Assembly (NCBI GenBank): GCA_036166175.1
Contig: JAYZHU010000212.1
Span: forward strand, 1 to 62,766
Reading direction: 5' to 3'
DNA from: Verrucomicrobiota bacterium
GTDB taxonomy: Bacteria > Verrucomicrobiota > Verrucomicrobiia > Opitutales > Opitutaceae
DNA: 62,766 nt
Shown here: piece after piece, positions 18,444 to 30,500 of the stretch
Layout of the letters: each line of letters begins with the position of its first letter
How positions within the stretch are numbered: the stretch's first letter is position 1
Notes under the pieces: model-generated
Database searches by the model: none
Told to the model about the DNA's origin: nothing
Seen by the model: only the letters and a program-made list of their open reading frames with translations
Position numbers and translations under genes: made by a program

Positions 18444-20999
18444 ATGCTTCCAAGAGTTTTCAAATTAGAGCGCCTCGCCCTCCGCCCAATTAAGATCGCT
18501 CAATCTCTTTTGATAGGCGGATTTTTGGTGTTCGTGTCCGGATCCATAAACGTATCCGCCGAAGAGGAATCAATCTCGTTCAATAAGGACATTCGACCGA
18601 TTTTGTCCGACATCTGCTTCCAATGTCACGGCCCTGACGCGAATTCCAGAGAAGCGGATCTACGGCTGGATGCACGTGAAAGCGCCATGGCTGACAGAGG
18701 AGGTTACTCTGCCTTGGTTCCTGGAGATCCGGATGAAAGCGAACTGATTTGGCTGATTTTTTCAGAGGATTCGTCAGAGCAAATGCCCCCATCGGAGCAT
18801 CCCCGTCAATTGAGTCAGGCGGAGAAGGAGCTTATTCGAGATTGGGTAGAGCAGGGCGCGGAATACGAGGCTCACTGGGCATTTATTCCACCGGAAAAAA
18901 ATCTTCCCGACGTTGAGGACGACAGGAATTGGGCTCGGAACGAAATCGATGCCTTCGTTTTAGCCAAGCTGGATAAGGAGGGCTTGGAGCCATCGCCGGA
19001 AGCGGACAAAGAAACATTGATCAGGCGCCTGTCGCTCGACTTGAATGGCATTCCGCCAACTTTGGAAGAGATCGAGCGTTTTTTGTCCGAGGGCTCTCCC
19101 GAAGCTTACGAAAGTCTTGTCGATCGTTTGTTGGCGTCGCCTCGTTACGGAGAGCGAATGGTTTGGGAATGGCTGGAGGCTTCACGATACGCTGATAGCA
19201 ACGGCTACCAGAATGACGATGAGCGGGGAATGTGGCCGTGGCGCGACTGGGTTATCGACGCCATGAATGAAAACATGCCATTCGATAAGTTCACTATCGA
19301 GCAAATCGCCGGTGATCTTCTGGCGGAGTCGTCTCAGGACCAAAAGCTGGCGACCGCGTTTCTTCGAAACCATATGATCAATGGAGAAGGCGGGAGATTG
19401 CCGGAGGAAAACCGAATCGATTATCTGGTCGATCAGACAGATACAGTATCCACTATCTGGATGGGCCTAACTATGGGGTGCGCACGGTGCCATGATCACA
19501 AATACGACCCCATTTCCCAGAAAGAGTATTATCAACTGATGGCCTTCTTTGATAAGACGGAGGTCGACGGTAAAGGGCGTGATCCCCAAACGCCTCCAGT
19601 GCTCGACTTGACCACCGATGAGCATGATCGTCGAATGGAAGATCTCAAACAGGCTAAGGCGGAGGCAGCGGAGCGTCTAGACGAGGTGGAAAAGATTCTC
19701 TTCCCTAGGCCGGAGGGAAAGTTGGCCATCGATTCGGAACGGGCGAAATCGATTACGAATGGAACGATTCAAGGCTTGTTAAAGCAGCCGGTTAACGAGC
19801 GAAGGCCGGAGCCACTGATAGAGGTGGTCGCCGTTTTTGGCAAAACCGAGCCTGAATACGTAGAAAAGACCTTGGACTACATAAAGGCCTATCAAGATCT
19901 CGATATCTACGGGAAATCCCGCCCGATTGTGATGATTATGGAAGACACGGTGGAGAGGGACACCTACATCCTTGAAAACGGACTCTATGATTCTCCAACT
20001 GAGAAAGTGATTACCGGGTTTCCGGCTGCCCTGAATGGCGGATTCGACGAAACGGGGGATTTGAACCGGCTCGATCTTGCCAATTGGCTCATGGCCGATG
20101 AGAACCCGCTCACTGCTCGAGTCACGGTAAACCGTTATTGGCAGCAATTTTTCGGCCGAGGAATCCTGCCTCAAGTCGAGAATTTCGGGGTGCAAAGCAA
20201 ACCGCCAACATACGAAGACTTGCTGGACTGGCTAGCGGTTGAGTTTAAAGAGAACGGTTGGGATGTTAAAGCGATCCATAAGCTCATTGTAATGAGCGCC
20301 ACCTATCGGCAATCGTCGCGGGTCGATCCAGAATTGCTGGAGCGTGATCCCGAAAACGAACTTTTGGCTAGAGGACCCCGCTTCCGAATGCCATCCTGGA
20401 TGTTGCGCGATCAAGCTCTAGCCCTTGGTGGACTGCTCAACGAAACGTCTGGCGGGCCGCCGGTAAAACCTTATCAGCCTGAAGGGATTTGGGAAGAGGC
20501 TTCCTTTGGTTTCATAAAATACTATCCGGATACTGGAGAGGAATTGTATCGCCGTAGTCTATACACGTTTTGGCGGCGAATCGTTGGTCCACCCGTTTTC
20601 TTCGATTCTGGAGCCAGGCAAGTATGCGAAGTGAAGTCTCTTCGGACAAACACCCCGTTACACGCCCTAACGACCTTGAATGACACGACTTACGCCGAAG
20701 CGGCGCGCAGTTTTGCTCAGCGCATTTTGACTGAGTTGGAGGGCAGCGACGCGATGCGATTGCGCGAGGCCTTTCGGATGGCGACTTCCCGATATCCAAA
20801 TCGATCGGAAGCCAAGACGCTGAAAAACGCTTTAACGCAATACCGCAAGCACTTTACCAAGAATCGGGAAGCAGCCACTGAGGTGGCGTCAGTGGGAGAA
20901 TCTCAACGAGATGGCTCTTTAGATCCGATTGATCACGCATCCTGGTCAACCCTAGGGTTGATGCTCTTGAATTTGGACGAAACGCTTACGAAAGAATAG
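18444..20999 (+). CDS. Planctomycete cytochrome c + DUF1549 (PSCyt2) + DUF1553 (PSD1) protein
   Basis: [20 protein letters not shown]; HWAF; RYADSNG; GCARCHDHKYDP; [14 protein letters not shown]; RRSLY; TNTPLHAL; start ATG 18444 preferred over TTG 18363. Confidence 0.93.
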   Translation: MLPRVFKLERLALRPIKIAQSLLIGGFLVFVSGSINVSAEEESISFNKDIRPILSDICFQCHGPDANSREADLRLDARESAMADRGGYSALVPGDPDESELIWLIFSEDSSEQMPPSEHPRQLSQAEKELIRDWVEQGAEYEAHWAFIPPEKNLPDVEDDRNWARNEIDAFVLAKLDKEGLEPSPEADKETLIRRLSLDLNGIPPTLEEIERFLSEGSPEAYESLVDRLLASPRYGERMVWEWLEASRYADSNGYQNDDERGMWPWRDWVIDAMNENMPFDKFTIEQIAGDLLAESSQDQKLATAFLRNHMINGEGGRLPEENRIDYLVDQTDTVSTIWMGLTMGCARCHDHKYDPISQKEYYQLMAFFDKTEVDGKGRDPQTPPVLDLTTDEHDRRMEDLKQAKAEAAERLDEVEKILFPRPEGKLAIDSERAKSITNGTIQGLLKQPVNERRPEPLIEVVAVFGKTEPEYVEKTLDYIKAYQDLDIYGKSRPIVMIMEDTVERDTYILENGLYDSPTEKVITGFPAALNGGFDETGDLNRLDLANWLMADENPLTARVTVNRYWQQFFGRGILPQVENFGVQSKPPTYEDLLDWLAVEFKENGWDVKAIHKLIVMSATYRQSSRVDPELLERDPENELLARGPRFRMPSWMLRDQALALGGLLNETSGGPPVKPYQPEGIWEEASFGFIKYYPDTGEELYRRSLYTFWRRIVGPPVFFDSGARQVCEVKSLRTNTPLHALTTLNDTTYAEAARSFAQRILTELEGSDAMRLREAFRMATSRYPNRSEAKTLKNALTQYRKHFTKNREAATEVASVGESQRDGSLDPIDHASWSTLGLMLLNLDETLTKE

Positions 21000-21030
21000 A
21001 AACTTCATTTTGAATCCGATATAGAAGACG

Positions 21031-22476
21031 ATGGATCCGTTACAAGACGCCAAAAGACAATTTACACGTAGGGAATTTTTCGGTACGGCAGCCAAAGGGG
21101 TCGGAGGAGTCGCCTTGGCTAGTCTGCTAAATCCGAAATCCTACTCGAATTCCTATTCCGGACTTTCGGCTTTGCCCCATTTCGCTCCCAAAGCGAAACG
21201 GGTCATCTATTTGCTTCAAAATGGGGCCCCATCCCATGTCGACCTGTTTGACTACAAGCCCATACTGGCTAAGCTGGACCGCGAGCCGGTTCCCGATTCA
21301 GTGCTCCGTGGCAAGCGTTTCAGCTCGATGACCAATACCAAGGAGAAGCTGCTTTTGCCGAATATCACGACCTACGCTCGGTATGGAAAGTGCGGCCGCT
21401 CTCTGAGCAATTTTCTTCCCTATACCTCGGAGATCGTAGACGATCTTTGTTTCATTAGATCGATGCACACGACTTCGGTCAATCACGCCCCAGGTATTAA
21501 CTATTTTCTTTCTGGAGCGGAAATACCGGGGCGACCCAGTATGGGCGCCTGGTTAAGCTATGGTCTAGGTTCAGACGCCGATGATCTTCCCGCTTTTGTC
21601 GCCATGACCTCCCGCGATAAGGAAGCCTCCTGCGGGCAAATCTTCTACGATTTCTACTGGGGCTCTGGGTTTTTGCCAACAAAGTATCAAGGAGTCAAAT
21701 TTCGGGGTAGTGGCGATCCGGTCCTTTATTTGTCGAATCCGCAAGGAGTCAGCCGCCCTCTGCGCCGCAGTATGCTCGACGACTTGGCGAAAATGAATGA
21801 AGCCAAGCTCAAGGACTACGGCGATCCGGAAATCGCAACGCGAATTTCCCAGTATGAGATGGCCTACAAAATGCAAATTAGCGTGCCGGAGCTGACCGAC
21901 TTTTGCGACGAGTCGGATGATACGCTCGAGATGTATGGACCGGATGTACATCGAGAAGGAAGTTATGGATACAACTGCTTGATGGCTCGGCGACTCATAG
22001 AACGGGGAACGCGATTCGTGCAGCTGATGCACGCTGGATGGGATCAGCACAATAACCTGACTCGTCAACTGAAAGTCCAATGCCAGGACACGGATCAGCC
22101 TAGCGCTGCGTTAATCAAGGATCTTAAGCGCCTGGGGCTTCTAGACGAAACGCTAGTTATTTGGGGCGGCGAATTCGGGCGTACGCCATTCCTGCAAGGC
22201 GACTATGACAACTATGCTCGTTGGGGCCGGGACCATCACCCTTACGGATTTACGGTTTGGATGGCGGGTGGAGGCATCAAGCCTGGTTTCGCTTACGGGG
22301 CCACAGATGAATTTGGGTTCAACGCCGTCGAGAATCCAGTCCATGTCCATGATTTTCAAGCGACCATACTGCATCTACTAGGCATCGATCACGAGCGCTT
22401 CACTTACAAATTTCAAGGTCGCAACTATAGACTGACGGACGTGCACGGGCACGTAGTTAAGGACGTGCTCGCGTAG
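21031..22476 (+). CDS. DUF1501 domain protein, Tat-exported
   Basis: TRREFF signal; APKAKRVIYL..PSHVDLFDYKP; GWDQH; WGGEFGRTP; GRDHHP; GIDHERFTY. Confidence 0.94.
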   Translation: MDPLQDAKRQFTRREFFGTAAKGVGGVALASLLNPKSYSNSYSGLSALPHFAPKAKRVIYLLQNGAPSHVDLFDYKPILAKLDREPVPDSVLRGKRFSSMTNTKEKLLLPNITTYARYGKCGRSLSNFLPYTSEIVDDLCFIRSMHTTSVNHAPGINYFLSGAEIPGRPSMGAWLSYGLGSDADDLPAFVAMTSRDKEASCGQIFYDFYWGSGFLPTKYQGVKFRGSGDPVLYLSNPQGVSRPLRRSMLDDLAKMNEAKLKDYGDPEIATRISQYEMAYKMQISVPELTDFCDESDDTLEMYGPDVHREGSYGYNCLMARRLIERGTRFVQLMHAGWDQHNNLTRQLKVQCQDTDQPSAALIKDLKRLGLLDETLVIWGGEFGRTPFLQGDYDNYARWGRDHHPYGFTVWMAGGGIKPGFAYGATDEFGFNAVENPVHVHDFQATILHLLGIDHERFTYKFQGRNYRLTDVHGHVVKDVLA

Positions 22477-22534
22477 AGATGGTCTAGCCGCTGCGGTTTT
22501 TTAGATTTAAGCGTGATTGGGCTGACTGCTTGTC

Positions 22535-22641
22535 GGGCTTAGTCTTGTCATCGCGGGTGTCCGCAAACTTAAGCCCTACCGGAGGTCGATCCCCACCTTT
22601 CTCGACCTGCGTAAAGGTGGAACGCGAAGTCCCGGCGCGTT
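22535..22641. repeat. Cluster of REP-like hairpins
   Basis: GGGCTTA...TAAGCCCTACC (GGTAG on - strand); AGGTCGA...TCGACCT; GGTGGAACGCG...CGCGTT followed by a T-rich run. Confidence 0.5.
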
Positions 22642-22751
22642 CATTTCTTCTTTTTTCCGTTACATCGACACCATTGCGCCATTACGGGATTAAGACTGAT
22701 CCCCAATAAGTTTGTCTTTGAAAAATTGCGTGAGGAAAGAATAATCCGCTT

Positions 22752-25700
22752 ATGTTCGTACTCAGTTACAGATCCTTTTTCGTGATTCTCGGGCTTGTAG
22801 CTATTTGCCTGTGCGCGAGTCAGCTGGCTTTAGGCCAGAGCGAAGCGTACCTACAGGGCAAGAGAGCGCTGTTTCTTATCGCAGAGCGAGAATATGGGTC
22901 TGATCAATCATTGCCGGCATTCGCCAATTCCGCCTTGATTCCGAAGGGAGTCGCTTGTGCTTTCGTCTTCGCTAGTAGTAATAATCGGGACTCTATCGAG
23001 TGTCACCAATTCGAAGGATTGGATAAGCTGGATAATGCAGACATCCTGGTTATCAGCGCTCGTCGACGCTATCCGCGATCAGAAGATTTGTATCGAATTC
23101 GCCGGTGGATTGAATCGGGAAAACCGACGATTTTGATTCGAACTGCAAGCCACGCATTCGGTGAACGAACGAAAGGGACCGGCTATCAGGCGCCGCCCGG
23201 ACATGCCGCTTGGAACACCTTTGATCGAGATGTCCTAGGGGCTACTTACGAAGGCCATTATCGGGATTGGGTAGAAGAGCCCAGAAAACGCGTAAGAATG
23301 TGGCCTGAACCTGAGAAATTAGATAACCTTATATTGAGAGGCTTTGATGTCGGCGACTTTATCCCGATTGGAGACAAACTCTACAAATACACCGACCTAG
23401 ATCCGGAAGTGGAGGTACTCTTGAGCGCCCGCTATCCGAACGAGGAAGCGATTCATCCCGTTGCTTGGATCAACGAAACAGGCGGCAAGCGCGTCTTCTA
23501 TACTTCTCTGGGGGGGCTCGAAGAAATAAAGTCACCCGTGACTCAGCGCCTCTTGACTAACGCTTTTATTTGGGCTGCAGCAGCCAAGAGTGTCGCCAAA
23601 GTGTCCGTCAATCCAGTGAAAGAAGCCACTGCTGAACGGCAGTCACCGGAAGCGTCGCATAGGTCAATTCTCTCTGCCGATGGAATCGCCGTCGATTTAG
23701 TGGCTTCCGAGCCGCTGGTAGCCCAACCATCGTTCATCGACTTCGACGAAAGTGGCCGCATGTGGGTGGTGCAGTACAGGCAGTATCCATTCCCGGCCGG
23801 GCTCGAGATAAAGGATCGAGACCGGTTTTGGAGGACAAAATATTCGGATACGCCGGAAGCGCCCGGGCGACCTGGCTATATTCCGGGGAAAGACAGTATC
23901 ACCATACATGAAGATAGCGATGGCGACGGCGTTTTCGAGCAATCGAAATCGTTTCTGGAAGGCTTGAACATGGTGACGAGCCTAGCTTGGGATGCCGATG
24001 GAGTTTGGGTGCTTCAACCACCGTATTTGTTGTTTTACTACGATCGCAATCACGACGATGTTCCAGATGGTCCACCTGATGTCCGCTTGAGTGGCTTTGG
24101 ATTGGAAGATACCCATTCTACAGTGAATAGCCTGACTTGGGGTCCGGACGGTTGGTTGTACGGGGCTCAAGGCTCCACCGTAACCGCTTCAGTAAGCGTG
24201 GCCGGAAGGGATGAAGGTCCTATCAAAAGCATCGGCCAGTTGATGTGGCGATATCACCCTGTAAGAAACGAATATGAAGTTTTTGCCGAAGGAGGCGGCA
24301 ATATCTGGAGTTGCGAGTTCGACTCGAAGGGGCGGCTGCTGGCAGGGGCTAATGAGGGGCGCAAACTGGGGTACCACTACATGCAAGGTTCCTATAGCCG
24401 CAAGAATTTCGGGAAGCATGGAGATCTGTCCAATGACTACGCATTCGGCTACTTTACCGGTATCGAAGAGGCCGGTTCCCAGCGGGTAACCACGAATTTG
24501 ATGGTCTATGAGGAGGGCGCTTTGCCCGCTCGCTATAATGGAGCCATATTGACAGCGAATCCCTTGGCGGGCAAGGTGCTAGCCTCTCGGAAGCGTTCCA
24601 TAGGCGCCAGCTTTCACTCGGATGCGATTGATGAAGCTATGGTGGCCAATGACCGTTGGGTGCGTCCGGTTTACCTAGCTCCTGGACCTGATGGGGCGGT
24701 GTATGTTGCCGACTGGTACGATCGCCAAGTGAACCACATGCGAAATAGCGAAGGACTTTTAAGCGCTGTGGATGAAGAATCTACCGATTGCGCCATTCTG
24801 AATCAAATCCTGGCGTAAAAGTAGATCTAGGAAAAGCGACAAGTAGGGAATTAGTCGATACGCTATCTGATACGCGAAGGTGGTATCGAGAAACTGCTCG
24901 ACGGCTGCTGCGGGAGCGGCAAGACCGAAGTATCGTGCCTAAATTGAAAACTTTGCTGAGGAAGGAGAGAGGTCAAGTTGCCCTGGAGACTCTTTGGGCA
25001 CTGAATTCTCTAGGCGAGCTTGGAGAGTCATTGCGCCTGGAGGCTTTAGAGCATGCCAATCCTTGGGTTCGCCTGTGGTCCACCCGTCTAATTGGCGATG
25101 AGGGATCGGGCTCTCCGGCAGAATATACGAAGCTAGTGGCGTTGGCCAAAAAAGATGCGCACAGCGAAGTCCGACAGCAATTAGCCTCCACGGCAAAAAG
25201 ATTACCTTCCGTTCCTTCTGCTAATATTCTTAAGGAACTCCTGAAAAGAGACGAGGATGCATCGGATCCTTATATGCCTCTTATGGTCTGGTGGGCTCTG
25301 GAGAATCTCTGCTCAGAAAACCCGGAACTCGCAGTCGAGCTATTCGAAGATTCATCCTTGTTTGGATACGCGATGGTACAGGACCACATGCTCGGTTTCG
25401 TGATGAAACGATTCGCTATGGAGGGAAGCCGTCGATCATTAGGCTATTGCGCTAATCTATTGGAACTGGCCCCAGACCAATCATCGAAATCGTCACTGCT
25501 AGCAGGATTCGAGGAAGCCTTTGAGGGCCGAGCGATGCAGGGCTTGCCGGACGAACTTGTCGATGCGATCGCCCAAGCTGGAGGTGGCTCCTCGGCAATG
25601 GGGATACGTCGCCACGACTCTGCAGCAATCGAAACCGCCATCGGAAAGCTGGGTGGTGAGGACATTGAAGAGTCAGAAAGGCGGCAAATAATCAGCGCTC

Positions 25701-26536
25701 TAGGAGAGTTAGCCGATGGAGAGTATGCTGAAATTCTTATCGATCAACTTTCGCGAGAAGATGAAGCGACAATAATGGTAGCCCTGGCTTCACTCCAGAA
25801 GTTCGACAGTATAATGGTTGCCGATGCCGTTCTGGAACGGTATCCAAATTTCAGCGACAAGATTCAAGTAGCTGCCAGAGCTATGCTTTCCAGCCGATCG
25901 AAATGGTCTCTCCGCTGGCTCAAGGCAATCCAGTCAGGAAACCTATCTCGAGATTCGATGCCTAGCTACGTGGTTGAAGGAATGGCCCGGCATGACGACG
26001 ACGAAATCGATCGTCTCGTTGCTCATTTGTGGGAAAATGAGGAAATTTCGATCGCCACCCATCGGGAAGTCGAGATGAATAGGTATAGAGGGATTCTGGA
26101 TGCCGCCTCATTTAGTGGCGACCGCTATGCGGGAAGAGACATCTACTTGGGAAGGTGCGCTGCCTGCCACCGACTGCACAGCGAAGGTGGTGAAGTAGGA
26201 CCCGACCTTACCGGCTACCAACGCCACGATTTGGATAGCCTGCTTCTGGCCATTTCCGATCCCAATGCCGAGGTTCGCGAGGGCTTCGAGAACTATTCGG
26301 TGGAGACGCGGGATGGCCAAAAGATCGTTGGTTTTTTGGCGGATCAAGACGAGCGCGTTGTTGAAATACGCCCTGTTGGAGGTCAGCGGTTGATTATCGA
26401 AAAGTCTGAGATCAGCGAAATGGAAAGCCTAGGGGGTTCGCTTATGCCAGCGGGGCTTCTTAATGGGTTGGACGACAAGGCAGTGGTGGATTTCTTCGCC
26501 TACCTGCAGTCGACGCAGCCGTTGAATATCCGTTGA
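22752..26536 (+). pseudogene. PVC-type haem-binding CxxCH protein (ThuA + dehydrogenase-like propeller + HEAT repeats + cytochrome c), split by a 1-bp frameshift
   Basis: ORFs 22752-24818 and 24788-26536 overlap; adding one G at ~24774 (GAT G[G]A AGA ATC TAC CGA) restores the conserved DGRIYR motif; CAACH haem motif, GPDL, SLMPAGL; real lesion or sequencing error unresolved. Confidence 0.85.
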
Positions 26537-26703
26537 GATTTCTCGATCCTTACCTATTAGTTAGCAGTTCCTCGCTCACTTCAAGGAACGTCGGATAAAC
26601 TGGCGATTCATCGCAGACGGGGAACGAACTCATACGAAAAGAACGGAAAATCCATGGTTTGTCTTTTCGTACAAAATGTTTTGAAGAATAGACTAGACAT
26701 GAT

Positions 26704-27447
26704 TTGGCGTTTGAGAGTGCAGATTGCTGGAGTCTTAAAGAATCCCCTGCGATGCGTTCCTTTTTCGAACTCTTCGAATATCATCCGACAGCTTATTTTC
26801 ACGCCAAGGATCGCCATCATCGGTACATTTACGTCAATCAACTAGTACTCAGAGATGTATTCGGAATGCTCTCGTTGGATCAAGTAGTTGGCAAAACAGA
26901 CTTGGATTTCCAGCCCCCAGCTTTGGCAGAGGCGTACCACGCCGAGGACCAACGAGTGATGGATGGCGGTCGGCCGATTCCGAACGAGGTTTGGCTGGTG
27001 CCGCACGTGCAAGGATTCCCAAAATGGTATGTTTCTACGATGACACCCCTCCGCTGCAACGAAGGGAACATTGTCGGGACAACCGGCGTCATGTACCCCG
27101 TTCTTACATCAGACGATCGGGAAGCCTATTTTCGCGAGCTGGCTCCGGTCATTTCGCACATTGAGACCCATTATGGATCCGATCTTTCCATGAAAGAGAT
27201 GGCGGTTATGGCTGGGCTCTCCAGTACTCAATTCAACAAGCGATTTCGCGAACTTCTGCGAATGTCCCCTAGCGAATACATTCTTAAGCTAAGAATTGAG
27301 GTCGCCCAGAACTTGTTGAACTCCAGCAACAAAAGCATTGCGGAAATCTCTGCGGAAGCCGGATTTTATGATCAGAGCCACTTTACGAAACGATTCAGAA
27401 AGGTCACAGGCATGACACCAATGGCCTTTCGAAAAGAATTCCATTGA
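26704..27447 (+). CDS. AraC family transcriptional regulator with N-terminal PAS domain
   Basis: FHAKDRHHRYIYVN..VVGKTDLDF..YHAEDQRVM (PAS); SPSEYILKLRI..SIAEISAEAGFYDQSHFTKRFRKVTGMTP (AraC HTH); start TTG 26704 or ATG 26752. Confidence 0.93.
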   Translation: MAFESADCWSLKESPAMRSFFELFEYHPTAYFHAKDRHHRYIYVNQLVLRDVFGMLSLDQVVGKTDLDFQPPALAEAYHAEDQRVMDGGRPIPNEVWLVPHVQGFPKWYVSTMTPLRCNEGNIVGTTGVMYPVLTSDDREAYFRELAPVISHIETHYGSDLSMKEMAVMAGLSSTQFNKRFRELLRMSPSEYILKLRIEVAQNLLNSSNKSIAEISAEAGFYDQSHFTKRFRKVTGMTPMAFRKEFH

Positions 27448-27448
27448 C

Positions 27449-27512
27449 CGTCAAAACGTACCCAAATTGACGTATCTCGATACTAGACTCAGCAAGCCAA
27501 GAGCGCTATTCT
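27449..27512 (+). promoter_or_regulatory. Candidate AraC-activated promoter: tandem CGT-N7-TAC repeats overlapping -35
   Basis: CGTCAAAACGTAC (27449) and CGTATCTCGATAC (27471) are 22 bp apart; TAGACT-N17-TATTCT at 27484-27512. Confidence 0.4.
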
Positions 27513-27515
27513 CCG

Positions 27516-30500
27516 ATGCTCTTAATGATATTCCGAATTCTACCCTGTCTGATTTTATTAGAATTTTCCGCTACACTGCTGGTGGCGGAAGAGCCACTTT
27601 CTTTCAACGAGCATATTCGGCCAATTCTTTCTGATCGCTGTTTCAAATGCCATGGGCCGGACGCCGAAAATCAAAAGTCAGAGTTCAGATTGGACACTCG
27701 AGAACACGCCACTGCGGATCTCGGAGATGGGTTTTTCGGGATCGTGCCGGGCAATCTCAAAGAAAGCGATTTGCATTGGCGCATCTGGGACGAAGAGGAG
27801 GAGGATCGAATGCCGCCTCCCGATTCGAATTTAGCCCTTTCTGACGAAGAGCGGAAACTACTGGATCGTTGGATCGAAGAGGGAGCTCCTTATGATACCC
27901 ATTGGTCACTTAAACCCTTGCCGAAATCGGTAGAGCCGCCCTCCGGGGATTCGACTTGGGCGAGAAATGAGATAGACAAATACATAGAAAGGGGATTCGC
28001 CATGAAGGGAGTCGTTCCGGCGAAAGAGTCTCGCCGTGAAAAATGGCTGCGGCGCGTGAGTTTCGATCTTACGGGCTTGCCTCCCAGCGTCTCCGAAATT
28101 GAAGCCTTCTTGGCTGACGAGTCGGAGCAGGCATTTGAGAAGGTGGTCGAGCGCTTACTGACATCCGATGCTTATGCTGAACGTATGACTAGCGAATGGC
28201 TCGATGTCGCTAGGTATTCGGATTCCAATGGTTATCAGCGAGATCATGAACGGCGAGTTTGGCCCTGGCGAGATTGGGTGATTCAGTCGTTTCAGGAAAA
28301 CATGCCATACGACGAATTCGTTACCACGCAATTGGCGGGTGATCTATTTCCGGATGCGACCCAAGATCAGGTTTTGGCGACAGCATTTAATCGATTGCAT
28401 GGACATCTGATGGAAGGAGGGATCGTTCCGGAAGAGTACCGCGTAGAGTATGTCGCGGACCGTACTCACACCTTTGGCTCTGCATTCCTCGGACTAACGA
28501 TGGAATGCTCTCGGTGCCACGATCATAAATACGATCCGCTGACTATGGAGGACTACTATTCGCTTAGCTCTTTTTTTGCCAACATCGAGGAAGCTGGATT
28601 GATTGCCTTTTTTTCATTTGCAACGCCGACACCGGCTCTGGCGATATCCGACGAAAAGACGGATGAGTCTCTGGCTAAAGCCCAAAAAAAGATCGACGCC
28701 ATTGCTGCCGAGCTGGAGGAGATCGAAACAGCTCCGGAAACTAAGGCGAACTTCGAAAACTGGCTGGCCACGAACCCTAGACTCGACTGGCCTGGGCGGG
28801 AAGCTTGGATTTCGTTTGATGAGCGCGAAGGCGAGAATTTCGCCAACGCGGTCGCTCCGGACGTCCCTGCCATTTCGCCAGAAATCAATAAACTCGTCCC
28901 AGGCGTATTTGGAAAAGCGCTACAATTTACTGGTGATGACAAGATGGAAGTGTTCGATGTGGGCCACTTTCCACGCGAGCACCCGTTCTCAGCTTCTGTT
29001 TGGGTTCGCCCGAATCAGTACGCTCCCCGCGAAAGCATTTTTAGCCGCGGTGGTGGAGCCGATGACGCCGCGAGTATGGGCTACGAATTCACGCTGATGG
29101 ATGGTAAGCCGACTGCATCGTGGATTCACTTTTGGCCGGGCAATGCTATGCGTGTTCAGGCCAAGGACCGCATACCTGCTGGTGAATGGTCGCACCTCGT
29201 GCTTAGCTATGATGGTTCTGCAATAGCCTCCGGGGCAAAGATTTTCCTAAACGGCGAACCGATGGAATTGGTCACCGTTAAGGATCACCTCACCAAGGAG
29301 ATCACCAGTTGGCAAACGCCTAGTGGCCAAAGAGTCCGTCAGCATCTTGTTCTAGGGGAGCGCTATCGAGACCGTGGTTTCGTGAAGGGCAGAATGGACG
29401 AGTTTCAAATGTTCGATCGTGAAGTTTCCGAGTTGGAGGCGCGCATGCTTTTTCGAATGCAACCGACATCTCCACTGCTGGGAACTCCGATTGGGAATAT
29501 AGCCGACGTCGAGTTGGATGAATTGTATAACCATTTTCTGGCTACAGCTTACTTGCCGGCTATGAAGACGAGGGCGGAGTTGCAATCAGCGCGAGCAGAA
29601 CGAAACCGCATCATGGATGGATTGGAAGCTATCAGTGTGATGCGCGAAACCGAGGAACCACGTCCGGCCTACATCCTCAATCGAGGAGCCTATGACGCCC
29701 GGGGAGAAGAGGTTATAGCGGATACACCTTCGGCCCTTCCGGAGTTTTCTGAAGACCAGCCACGAAATCGCCTTGGCCTTGCTCGTTGGCTGACCGATCC
29801 CGATCATCCGTTAACGGCTCGGGTGGCTGTAAACCGCTATTGGCAAATGATCTTTAGTGAAGGATTGGTTCGTACTCCCGAGGACTTTGGTAGCCAAGGA
29901 AGCAATCCGACCCATCCTGAGCTGCTGGATTGGCTGGCTCGCGACTTCGTCAATCATGGCTGGGACCTGCATCGTTTAATGCGCCAAATGGTGCTTTCCA
30001 CGACCTACCGTCAAAGCACCTTTGGCGATCTGGCTAGCATGGAGAAGGATCCGGAGAACCTGACCTTCTGCCGGAGCAATCCGACTCGACTGGCTGCTGA
30101 GATGATTCGCGACAACGCCTTAGCGTTAAGTGGATTGCTCGTGGACGATATTGGGGGACCACCCGTTAAGCCTTACGAGGTAGCGGCTTCCTTTAAGCCC
30201 ATGGAACCAGACGAGGGGGAAGGATTATATCGCAGGAGCCTCTACACGCTCTGGAAGCGAAATTCTCCTGCTCCGATGATGGTGGCTTTTGATGCTCCAA
30301 AGAGGGATGTGTGTAGCTTGAAACGCGAACCGACGACTTCACCTTTGCAGCCCCTCGTCATACTAAATGGCCCGCAGTTCGTTGAAGCCGCTCGCGTGTT
30401 CGGCGAAAGGCTTTTGGCGAAGCATAGCGGAGATCGAAAGGCTGTCATCGAAGACGCGTTTTATCAATTAACGAGCAGAAAGCCCGATTCGGAGGAAGCG

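Noticed and set aside
21031-22476. Calling DUF1501 proteins sulfatases
   Set aside because: No (C/S)xPxR formylglycine motif in any of the three copies, unlike the true sulfatase at 47999-49582
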